From positions 32,001-96,000 of the forward strand of contig JAYTOU010000038.1 of NCBI GenBank assembly GCA_043747615.1: a stretch of 64,000 nt of DNA, read 5' to 3'. The number at the start of each line of letters is the position of its first letter. Positions within the stretch are counted from its first letter, which is position 1. The position numbers and the translations under genes were made by a program. Below, in pieces: positions 10,008 to 17,821 of this stretch. Under the pieces are notes generated by a model. It had not been told where the DNA came from. It searched no databases and saw only the letters and a list, made by a program, of their open reading frames with translations. The stretch comes from Myxococcales bacterium. Its GTDB lineage: Bacteria; Myxococcota_A; Polyangia; Polyangiales; Polyangiaceae.

Positions 10008-11463
10008 CGGGGAGGCTCCAGAGGTGCATGGCGGCGTAGGCCCGGAAGGGTCGCCACCGTTCGGCGCGAGCTTCGACCTCGCGCGCAGTGGGACAAATAG
10101 ATCGGACGGTGAGACGGCGGCGGAGCGCGAGGTCGCCTGCGGGGAAGGCATCTGGCTCACGCGCGGCGCGCATGGCGATGTAGTGCGCAGTCCAGGCGCC
10201 GATTCCCGGGATGGCGGTGAGCCGCGCGATTCCATCCTCGAGATTGGACCAGGCGTCGAGGAGGTGTGGCTCGTCGCGCATCGCAACGGCCACCGAGCGG
10301 ATCGTTTCGAAACGCGCGCGTGGAAGACCAAGATCGGCGAGGTCGGCTTCGACTACCTCGGCAGGCGTCGGAAAGAAGTGCGTCAGCCCGTCGAGAGCGT
10401 CGGCGCCAACGGCAAGCCCGAGCTTCGTGACCAGGCGACCCGAGAGCGTCGTTGCCCCTTTCACGGTGACTTGCTGCCCCAAAATCGCGCGCACGGCGAG
10501 CTCGAAGCCATCCCAGGCGCCGGGGACGCGAAGGTGCGGACGCTTGCGGATGCCTTTGGCGAGGAGCGGATCGCACCGCAAATGAGCGGAAATTTTCGAG
10601 GGATCGGCGTCGAGATCGAAGAGGCGCCTCACGCGCGACACGAGCGGTAAGAGCTCAGCGCGTCCACGGAGACGAAGGGTCAGGAGCACGTGAGCAGCTT
10701 TGGGAATGCAGCGCACCTCGAGCGTCCCCTTCGCTGTCCCCAGGTCGATGGTGCGCGCGTACACGCCGTCTTCTACCCGCTCGACGCCCGGAATGGCGCG
10801 CGGCGCGAGGAACGCCAGGAGCCCGTCCCAGTCGAGAGGAGCGCGGTACGGAAGACGGAGCGTGAGCGGCACACCTCCCTTGCTCACGACGTTGCGCGCA
10901 GGGAGGCCGCGGCGACGGAGCCCCGTCGGTGTTTCGCGGAAGGTATTGTGAATGGCGTCGTTGAAGCGCCGCACGCTCGAGAATCCGGCAGAGTGCGCGA
11001 CCTCGGTCATCGGCAGCATCGTTTCATCGAGCAACTTACGTGCAAAGTGCACACGTTGGGTCTGCACGATCGCGACTGGCGAGGCTCCTAGGTGCTTGCT
11101 GAAGAGGCGGCGCAGATGACGCTCTCCCACGCCGAGGCGTTCCGCGAGCTCACCCACGTTGTCTTCGTCGAGCGCACCGTCGGCGATCATGCGAAGCGCG
11201 CGGGCGATGGTGGGCGGCGTGCCGAGCGTCCCTGCGCTCGACGGGAGTGCGTCCGGCCGGCAGCGGAGACACGGCCTCAGCCCTTCGGCTTCCGCTGCGG
11301 CCGCGCACCTGAAAAACGCCACGTTCTTCCGCATCGGGATGGGAGCGGGACAGCCGGGTCGGCAGTAGATGCCTGTCGTCCGGACTCCGATGATGAACTT
11401 GCCCTCGAAGCGCCGATCACGGCTCTCCATCGCGCGGTAGCAAGCCTCCGAATCGAATGGCAC
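9997..11463 (-). CDS. alkA: Ada metal-binding/AraC + AlkA DNA-3-methyladenine glycosylase fusion
   Basis: GIYCRPGC..RPCLRC Zn motif, AraC HTH, AlkA_N, HhH-GPD (IPGIGAWTAHY, AFPAGD). GTG start with GGGG RBS. Confidence 0.92.
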   Translation of the reverse strand: MPFDSEACYRAMESRDRRFEGKFIIGVRTTGIYCRPGCPAPIPMRKNVAFFRCAAAAEAEGLRPCLRCRPDALPSSAGTLGTPPTIARALRMIADGALDEDNVGELAERLGVGERHLRRLFSKHLGASPVAIVQTQRVHFARKLLDETMLPMTEVAHSAGFSSVRRFNDAIHNTFRETPTGLRRRGLPARNVVSKGGVPLTLRLPYRAPLDWDGLLAFLAPRAIPGVERVEDGVYARTIDLGTAKGTLEVRCIPKAAHVLLTLRLRGRAELLPLVSRVRRLFDLDADPSKISAHLRCDPLLAKGIRKRPHLRVPGAWDGFELAVRAILGQQVTVKGATTLSGRLVTKLGLAVGADALDGLTHFFPTPAEVVEADLADLGLPRARFETIRSVAVAMRDEPHLLDAWSNLEDGIARLTAIPGIGAWTAHYIAMRAAREPDAFPAGDLALRRRLTVRSICPTAREVEARAERWRPFRAYAAMHLWSLPDAI

Positions 11464-11527
11464 GTCCCCTACATAATCCGAGCGCCGTCCGTCGGCTGGC
11501 CATTTTCGGACCTGGTCGTTCAGGTCC

Positions 11528-12418
11528 TCAGGTCTTCGCCACGCGGGCGATGCGTGCCTTGCCGAGAGACATCGCAGCGACGCCCAGGAGAACGACCCCC
11601 GCGCCGACGACCGTGAGCCACGCGATGTGCTCGCCGCCGAAGACCACGCCGATCCCGAGCGCCACCACGGGATTGACATACGCGTAGCTCGTTGCGACGC
11701 CGGGCGAGGCATGTCGCAGGAGAAATCCGTACGCTGTGAAGGCCACGATCGATCCGAAGATCATCAGATAGAGGAGCGCGACGATGGATCGTGTGGACGC
11801 CGCGGCGTTCGGGTGCTCGCCGACCACCACGCTGAGAACGAGCATGAAGACGCCGCCGAGAATCATCTGGACCGCTGTCGACATTGCGCCAGCCGGGAGT
11901 GACAGACGACGGCTCCACACCGAGCCGAGCGCCCACGACACGGGAGCCACCAGGAGAAACAGCGCACCGAAGCCGTGCCCTCGGAGATCCCCACCGGCCT
12001 GAAGAAGCGCAACGCCGAACAAGCCGAGGAGCAGACCCGCAGCTTCGGACCGCGAAGGCCGCTCACCCACCACGCTCGCGAAGAGAACGGCCCACACGGG
12101 CATGGTGGCCACGACCAGCGCGGCGAGGCTGGAGCTCACCGTTCGATGCTCCGCGAGCGCGACGCCGCCATTGCCGACCGTGAGGAGGAGAAAACCGATG
12201 GGTGCGGAGGCTCGCCACTCGGGCCACGTGGGTGAAGGAGCGCCACGTGCACGCAGCCAGACGAAGAGCGCGAGGCCTGCGAGCACGAAGCGAATCCCGC
12301 CCATGAGAAACGGGGGGAACCCCTCGAGAGCGATCCGCATGACGAAGTACGTCGATCCCCAGATCACGTAGACGGCGAGCAACGCCGCGATGAGTGCCCT
12401 ACGCGTCATCGCGTGCAT
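11528..12418 (-). CDS. yedA: DMT/EamA transporter, YedA-like
   Basis: VYVIWGSTY, RF..AG, FGSIVAFTAY, SYAYVNPVVA; about 10 TM helices. Start could be 12409, 12418 or 12421. Confidence 0.88.
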   Translation of the reverse strand: MHAMTRRALIAALLAVYVIWGSTYFVMRIALEGFPPFLMGGIRFVLAGLALFVWLRARGAPSPTWPEWRASAPIGFLLLTVGNGGVALAEHRTVSSSLAALVVATMPVWAVLFASVVGERPSRSEAAGLLLGLFGVALLQAGGDLRGHGFGALFLLVAPVSWALGSVWSRRLSLPAGAMSTAVQMILGGVFMLVLSVVVGEHPNAAASTRSIVALLYLMIFGSIVAFTAYGFLLRHASPGVATSYAYVNPVVALGIGVVFGGEHIAWLTVVGAGVVLLGVAAMSLGKARIARVAKT

Positions 12419-12436
12419 CATGACCGCGCGAAGCTC

Positions 12437-12480
12437 ACCATAACAGATGCAATTCGATCCATCTGCAACCAGTACAGTTG
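12437..12480. promoter_or_regulatory. Putative MocR/GabR-type operator
   Basis: Direct repeats ACCATAACAGATG (12437-12449) and ACCAGTACAGTTG (12468-12480), plus inverted CAGATG/CATCTG, lying between yedA and the MocR remnant. Confidence 0.6.
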
Positions 12481-12483
12481 GGC

Positions 12484-13179
12484 ATGCGTGGATCTGAATT
12501 CCCTCCCATCCACGCACGGGAATGGACCTCGAGGCCCTCGGAGAAGCGCTCCGTCACCAGCGGACCAAGGCGTGTCTCGCGGTTCCCAACTTCTCGAATC
12601 CGCTCGGTAGCTTGATGCCGGACGACGCCAAGAAGAAGCTCGTGGAGATGCTCGCGCGCCGCGACATCCCGCTCATCGAGGACGACATCTACGGAGATCT
12701 GCATTTCGGCGAGGCGCGTCCGAGGCCAGGGAAATGCTTCGATCGTGAAGGTCTGGTGATGCTGTGCTCCTCTTTCTCGAAGACCTTGGCGCCGGGGTAC
12801 CGGGTGGGCTGGGTCGCTCCCGGAAAATTTCGCGAGTGCATCGAGCGCCTCAAGTTCGAGCAGACCATCGCCACCCCGACCCTCCCGCAAATGGCGGTCA
12901 CCGAGTTCCTGGAGAACGGCGGGTACGATCATCACCTCCGGCAAATGCGGCGCAAGCTCGCGAGTCAGGTGCAGCGCATGACCGAAGCTATCGCTGAACG
13001 AAAAAGCGCTCGCCCACGGCATCAGCATCGCCCCGGGCATGATCTTTTCGCCGAAGCAGCGCTTCTCGAACTGCATTCGTTTGCACTGCGGTTTTCCGTG
13101 GTCGGATACGATCGCGCGCGCGACCCGCACCCTGGGCCGACTCGCGGCCGCGCTTCCGCAGGGCGCCGGTATCGTGTAG
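12484..13179 (+). pseudogene. MocR/YdcR-type PLP-dependent GntR regulator, deleted and frameshifted
   Basis: IPSHPRTGMDLE..NFSNPLG..IEDDIYG..SFSKTLAPGYRVGW. No wHTH or N-terminal half (in-frame TGA at 12495). The C-terminus EKALAHGISIAPGMIFS..CIRLHCG is in another frame from about 13000 to the TAG at 13179. Confidence 0.85.
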
Positions 13180-13190
13180 CGAAGACAAGG

Positions 13191-13901
13191 GTGAGACGCG
13201 TTTTGCATCTGACGATCGCAATCGCGCTCTTGGCGGGGAGCGCCATGGCGCGTGCGGACGAGCCCGACGCCATCGAAGCGGTCGACGGCGCGGTGGGTTG
13301 CGATGCCTTGGAGTTGAAGAACGACAAGGAGCTGAAAGTCTATTCCTCGCTCCAACCTCCGCCGCGGTACGTCTACCCGCAGGCTGAGAAAATTCTGGGT
13401 GCTCCGTGGGTCGAGCTCGGCGGCGCTGCGAAAGATTCTCTCGCGCTCATCGCAGCCACGCTTATTCCCCACGTGGGACCTGTCCTTCGCGGACCGACTC
13501 CCGAGACCATGCTGTCGTGGCCGTGGTCTTTTCCGATAGGCCCCCCCTCGGCGTGCAGCCGACGACGGGGCGGCTACGATCTCGCGAAGTACAGACCCTT
13601 CCGTCTGATGTTCGAGCCGGGAATCGATCTCGGGCAAACGGCGGTTGTGGTCTCCATGCGGCCCGGCGCTCGCTACATCTATCACCCGACGGCCTGGCCC
13701 GCGGGGCTCGGTGGCGGCCTGGGCTCGATGATCGAACTGAGCGGAAAAGAGCCTCTCCGAGCGTCACTCAGCCCCGAGATCGTCGTCCAGCTCGGACGGT
13801 GTTGCGAGCCCGGCTACTTCATGGTGGGGATCCGCCACGAATTTTTTTTCGCCGGAAAGAACGACCTGTGGAGTGCGAGCGTCGGCTTTACGTATTTTTA
13901 G
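13191..13901 (+). CDS. Secreted hypothetical protein, possible outer-membrane beta-barrel
   Basis: GTG start after AAGG. Signal peptide MRRVLHLTIAIALLAGSAMARA. Alternating beta-strands ending in VGFTYF. This is the 3' part of ORF 12522-13901. Confidence 0.65.
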   Translation: MRRVLHLTIAIALLAGSAMARADEPDAIEAVDGAVGCDALELKNDKELKVYSSLQPPPRYVYPQAEKILGAPWVELGGAAKDSLALIAATLIPHVGPVLRGPTPETMLSWPWSFPIGPPSACSRRRGGYDLAKYRPFRLMFEPGIDLGQTAVVVSMRPGARYIYHPTAWPAGLGGGLGSMIELSGKEPLRASLSPEIVVQLGRCCEPGYFMVGIRHEFFFAGKNDLWSASVGFTYF

Positions 13902-13926
13902 ACGTAGGCTAAGGTCCCCGCCCTTC
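13887..13926 (+). promoter_or_regulatory. Sigma70-type promoter of tRNA-Ser(GCT)
   Basis: TTTACG (13887-13892), 17-bp spacer, TAAGGT (13910-13915), then GC-rich discriminator CCCCGCCC. Confidence 0.6.
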
Positions 13927-14015
13927 GGAGAGGTGACCGAGTGGCCGAAGGTACCCGCTTGCTAAGCGGGCGCTGGGGTTAAACCTAGCCGCGGGTTCGA
14001 ATCCCGCCCTCTCCG
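13927..14015 (+). tRNA. tRNA-Ser(GCT)
   Basis: GGAGAGG..CCGAGTGGCCGAAGG, CCCGC-TTGCTAA-GCGGG, long variable arm, GGTTCGAATCC, CCTCTCCG. CCA is not encoded (CAA follows). Confidence 0.97.
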
Positions 14016-14018
14016 CAA
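13990..14018 (+). repeat. attL core (tRNA-Ser 3' end)
   Basis: CGCGGGTTCGAATCCCGCCCTCTCCGCAA, repeated at 15492-15520 with 2 mismatches. Confidence 0.85.
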
Positions 14019-14051
14019 ATGTTCCGCTGACTTAGCCCTGTGGATAACCGG

Positions 14052-14075
14052 GCTAGACGATTCGCTAGACGATTC
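14052..14075. repeat. 12-bp tandem duplication (GCTAGACGATTC)x2
   Basis: Seen directly; encodes ESSSESSS in the integrase tail. Confidence 0.7.
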
Positions 14076-14528
14076 GCCCGGTTCTGGGGCCGCTTCGCCG
14101 TCGCTCAGAAGTGAGTCCGGGAGCATCGGGAACACGTCGCCGAAGCCGGTCCGGATGTTCTCCGCGTCGCGGATGTAGCCCTGCGTGGTGCTGAAGCTCG
14201 TATGCCCAGCGCGCTGCATGATCCGGAGCGGCTCGTCGCCTCGGATGGCCATCCACGTGATGCCCGTCGCCCGCAAGTCGTACACGGTGATCGCCTTGCG
14301 CGTCGGCGTGGCGGTGTGCAGCTCGAACTCTCCGAAGGCGCTGACTATGTGTAGGGGAGCTTCCCGTGATCCGTGTAGGTGCCGACGACGTTCCATCCCC
14401 GGCGGCTTGCTGCCTCGGCGGTTTCGTCTTCCTGGAGGGCGAGGGCTTGGTCGGACCAGCTGACGCGAGGATATCTGGCAACGCGAGCTTCGCGACCCAT
14501 GAGATGATGCAGCTGCTACCGTCAACGA

Positions 14529-15401
14529 TTGGAAAAGTTCGGAGAGTTCTGGCTTGAGCGGCGCCTCGATGCAGGCGGTCAATTCGCTTTCTTTCGTGCC
14601 ACTCGCCTGAACCACCCGTACCGGATGGGAGGCGAACCCTGCGTCGTGCTCCGGGCAGCCCAAGAATCGGCTCGGGACCGTTGGCCGCCGTGGGCCGATC
14701 CAGGCGTGGCGATAATCTTACGTCACCCAACGATCGTCCAGATGCTCGACGATGGTGAACTCGACGGGTACCGCTACTTCTCCTTCGAGTATGTGGACGG
14801 TGTTGACCTTCGGCAATTGCTCAATGACGTACCGCTTCCCCCGAACGCTGCATTGACCATCATCCGGACGATCGTAGACGCCTTGTGCGTGGCAAGTGAA
14901 GCCGTCGGTCTCGATGGGAGCCCCTTCGAATTTCTGCACGGTTGTATTTCGCCAAGGTGGGTATTCGTTTCACGCCGGGGTGAGGTGAAACTAGGCGGAT
15001 TTGGCTTCGGCTACATCAAGCCTGAGCGTGAACGTGGTCTAGATGATGTGATCTGCGCACCCGAGCAATTGCGGGGAGGTGACCAGACGGCTCAGACCGA
15101 CATGTTTCAAGTGGGCCTGCTGCTGCATCGAATGTTGTTCGGGTCGGAGTTCGTCTCGGAAGGGCTCGCGCGTGTGCGGGCCAAGGTGGCTGGTCACGGG
15201 GTTGCTACAGCAACCGTGACACCGTACGCGGATCCGCAACTTGAGAAGCTGCTGCGAAGGTTGCTTGCTGAACGGCCGGAGGATCGCTTTGCTTCAATCA
15301 CTGAGGTTCGCGACGCGATTAGGTCCCTTGCTGGTGCGGAGGCAACAAGCGAGGGTCATCGATGGCTCGCGGCTCACGCCAGCATTAGCGGGACCACCTG
15401 A
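14529..15401 (+). CDS. Ser/Thr kinase-like protein, predicted pseudokinase (islet cargo)
   Basis: Kinase scaffold retained (LRHPTIVQMLD, FEYVDGVDL, APEQ, TDMFQVG, RPEDRF), but VAIK->VVLR, HRD->HGC and DFG->GFG. Confidence 0.72.
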   Translation: MEKFGEFWLERRLDAGGQFAFFRATRLNHPYRMGGEPCVVLRAAQESARDRWPPWADPGVAIILRHPTIVQMLDDGELDGYRYFSFEYVDGVDLRQLLNDVPLPPNAALTIIRTIVDALCVASEAVGLDGSPFEFLHGCISPRWVFVSRRGEVKLGGFGFGYIKPERERGLDDVICAPEQLRGGDQTAQTDMFQVGLLLHRMLFGSEFVSEGLARVRAKVAGHGVATATVTPYADPQLEKLLRRLLAERPEDRFASITEVRDAIRSLAGAEATSEGHRWLAAHASISGTT

Positions 15402-15491
15402 TCGGCCGTTGCCGCCTGGTTGCCGCGACCGTGCTGGAGTCGACTGATCTCACGATCCAATGCAAATCAAGCAGCTTCACGCCCCCACCAA

Positions 15492-15520
15492 CGCGGGTTC
15501 CAATCTCGCCCTCTCCGCAA
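15492..15520 (+). repeat. attR core (duplicated tRNA-Ser 3' end)
   Basis: CGCGGGTTCCAATCTCGCCCTCTCCGCAA, 27/29 identical to 13990-14018. Confidence 0.85.
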
Positions 15521-15576
15521 GTTTTTTCTGGGCAGATTTTTTTCTGGGCGTTCTCGATCCGCGTTTCGTAGCCAGT

Positions 15577-17673
15577 TCAACCGGGACGTACGCCGCGCGT
15601 CGCGTTCGAGGCGTGCGATGGGCGCCGGCCGCGGGTCTTGGCGTTTTTCGGTCGGGCGACGGCGCGCGGCTCCTCTCCAGCCACGAACGCAATGCGCACC
15701 GGCTTCGGACGCAGGGTCGGGCACCGGGCCGCGAGCTCCTCGTAGGGAGCGCGACCGACGCGCCGCTGATCGTTCACGAGCGTTGCCCAGATGGTGCCCT
15801 CGCGTTCCTCGGCGCGAGACGCAGCGCGCGGGTCGAAGCGGAGGTCGGCTTCGAAAGGCTTGGTGGTCGCGCCGTGGATCTCTTCGCGCAGACCACGCCG
15901 AGCGAGATCGCGAAACACGCTCGCTCCACCGCGATCGTAATAGAGGACGGTGTGGGCCGTGGATACCGCGCCGGCCCACGGATAGCTCCGGAGCGCCCAG
16001 CCCGTCGAGAGCTCTTCGAGCTGATCGTTCACGCTCGCGCGCTCGGCGTCCGTCTTCCAGGGATGCTCGGGGGCGAAGAAGATGCCGAGGCCGAGGTGAT
16101 CACCCTCGAGCTCCCATGTCTCACGGATTCCAAACTGCGACGGCGACTGCGCGACGAGCGAGCCGTGTGTGAGACCGAACTCACCGACGATGTACACCGC
16201 GAGGCGATCACTCCGATCACGCAGAAAATCCAGGGTCTCGACGGCCTCTTGGTGCGTCTCGGTGGGAAACTCGGTGAAGCACATGGCCTCGGCCGCAATG
16301 CCCGCGGTGGAGAGACGATCGATCACGCTCGACACGACTTCGACGGGGGCTCCTTTGTCGATGAGCCTCAGCACACGATCAGATCCGGACTCGACGCCGA
16401 GAGCACAGGCGACGGCGCCGGCCTTGCGGAGCGTGTCCGCGCGCTCTTGCGTGAGGTACTTCTCGGGCTTGAGATCGGTGGCCCACCGGATGTCGAGGCC
16501 CGCATCGATGATCGCCTGCGCGAGCTTCACGATTGTCTTCGGCGCGACAGAGTCCTGCGAGAAGTAGAAATAACGGGTGCCGTGCTTCTCGGAGAGCGCA
16601 CGCAGGTGCGCGACCATGCCTTGGAGCTCGCGCTCGCGGTATGTGGCGGTGCCGATCTCGGCGAGGCCATAGTGGCAGAACGTGCACTTGCCCCAGTAGC
16701 AACCGCGCGTCGGGTCGTAAGGGAGGACGAGGCGCGGCGCGAGGTACAGCGCGAGCGGCAGGCCGTCGAAATCGGGCGGCGGTAGCGCGGTCAGGTCCTC
16801 CATGCCGTGACCCGCTAAAAAACGTGCGCCCATGAGCTTGTCACGCACGACGACGTTCGTGCACTCGCGGAGCGGGCGATTTTCTTCGAGTGCGCGGACG
16901 AGCCCGAGCAGCGTGTGCTCGCCCTCGAAGACGCACGCGGAGTCGAAGGGCCCGAGCGCGCGCGCGAGACGATGACCGGTGAGTCGGATCAGCATCTGCG
17001 TGATGCCCGGGCCGCCGCAGGTAACGTGGACGTGCGGCAGCTCGCGCTTGATCTTGAGGGCGAAGGCATACGCGGGCTGGAGCTGACCCGGGAAGCACAC
17101 GGAGAGCCCGACCACATCGACCTTTGCGTCGCGGAGTCGGGGTACGAGTGTCTTCATGATGTAGTCGTCGAACGGATCGGCGCCGGGGCGGCTGGCGCGC
17201 TCGACCTCCTCCATCGTGGTGAGGCCGAGCGGCGTTCGGTACGCCGTGAAGTCGAGGTGGAGCGGGTGATGGGTCGCCGAAACGACGCGGAGCGACGCTT
17301 CGACCGTCGCGACCGCAGAGGCGTAGGCGTCGGGCTCGTGAAAGCGCGTCTCGTTGCGGAGCGTCGCTTTTGCCTCGGCGATGCCTTCCGGCACGGCGCG
17401 CGCATCCCCCCGGGCGCGCAGGAGCGCGACGTACTCGAGCTGCTCGGCGTGTCCGAGCGCGGGCTTCCGGTCGAGCACGCCGAGCCGCCGCTCCAGCCGA
17501 TCGCGGAGCGCAGCCAGCGCCGTCGGGTCGAGCAGCGCGTCGAACGCCTCTACGTTCGCATCGATCGGCAGCACCTCCACGCCATTGGCGCGGAGGAAGC
17601 CCGTGAGCATGGGCACCGCGAGGTACGGAGCGGTTGGGTCGCACGTGGGCGGATAGACGAGCGCGACGCGCAT
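15577..17673 (-). CDS. B12-binding domain radical SAM protein
   Basis: N-terminal MRVALVYPP..APYLAVPML, cobalamin-binding-like VVGLSV..Q..GGP, RGCYWGKCTFC cluster motif, LGVESGSDRVL. Confidence 0.88.
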   Translation of the reverse strand: MRVALVYPPTCDPTAPYLAVPMLTGFLRANGVEVLPIDANVEAFDALLDPTALAALRDRLERRLGVLDRKPALGHAEQLEYVALLRARGDARAVPEGIAEAKATLRNETRFHEPDAYASAVATVEASLRVVSATHHPLHLDFTAYRTPLGLTTMEEVERASRPGADPFDDYIMKTLVPRLRDAKVDVVGLSVCFPGQLQPAYAFALKIKRELPHVHVTCGGPGITQMLIRLTGHRLARALGPFDSACVFEGEHTLLGLVRALEENRPLRECTNVVVRDKLMGARFLAGHGMEDLTALPPPDFDGLPLALYLAPRLVLPYDPTRGCYWGKCTFCHYGLAEIGTATYRERELQGMVAHLRALSEKHGTRYFYFSQDSVAPKTIVKLAQAIIDAGLDIRWATDLKPEKYLTQERADTLRKAGAVACALGVESGSDRVLRLIDKGAPVEVVSSVIDRLSTAGIAAEAMCFTEFPTETHQEAVETLDFLRDRSDRLAVYIVGEFGLTHGSLVAQSPSQFGIRETWELEGDHLGLGIFFAPEHPWKTDAERASVNDQLEELSTGWALRSYPWAGAVSTAHTVLYYDRGGASVFRDLARRGLREEIHGATTKPFEADLRFDPRAASRAEEREGTIWATLVNDQRRVGRAPYEELAARCPTLRPKPVRIAFVAGEEPRAVARPKNAKTRGRRPSHASNATRGVRPG

Positions 17674-17821
17674 GGCCGCATGCCTTAGCACACGACGGGG
17701 AAAAGGCCGGTCGATCGAGACGGCGCTCGACACCCGGCATCCAGCCAAGAACGCTTGCCTTGAGCGCGCCCCTTCCCTACGACGGATGCGAGGCGCGCGA
17801 GGTGCCGGAGGAAGATGCGGA

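Larger units (their letters stand above)
13962..14326 (-). pseudogene. Tyrosine recombinase/integrase C-terminal remnant
   Basis: RKAITVYDLRATGITW (HxLR box with H->Y), IMQRAGH..TTQGY (box II His/Tyr). N-terminal part absent. The frame reads through the att core into the antisense of the tRNA. Confidence 0.8.
13990..15520. mobile_element. Degenerate tRNA-Ser-integrated genomic islet (~1.5 kb)
   Basis: Flanking 29-bp direct repeats, tyrosine integrase remnant, and a cargo gene that looks lower in GC than the flanks. Confidence 0.82.

Noticed and set aside
12522..13901. 459-aa 'aminotransferase-OMP fusion' ORF
   Set aside because: Chimera created by a frameshifting deletion in the MocR pseudogene reading through into a separate gene that has its own RBS and signal peptide.
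15492..15520. A third tRNA gene
   Set aside because: Only the T-arm and acceptor 3' strand are present; interpreted as attR.
15460..16785. Long antisense/alternate-frame ORFs (also 6558-8042, 22053-23267, 33303-34763, 43152-44756, 56010-57506)
   Set aside because: Shadows of real genes in high-GC DNA; no motifs of their own.
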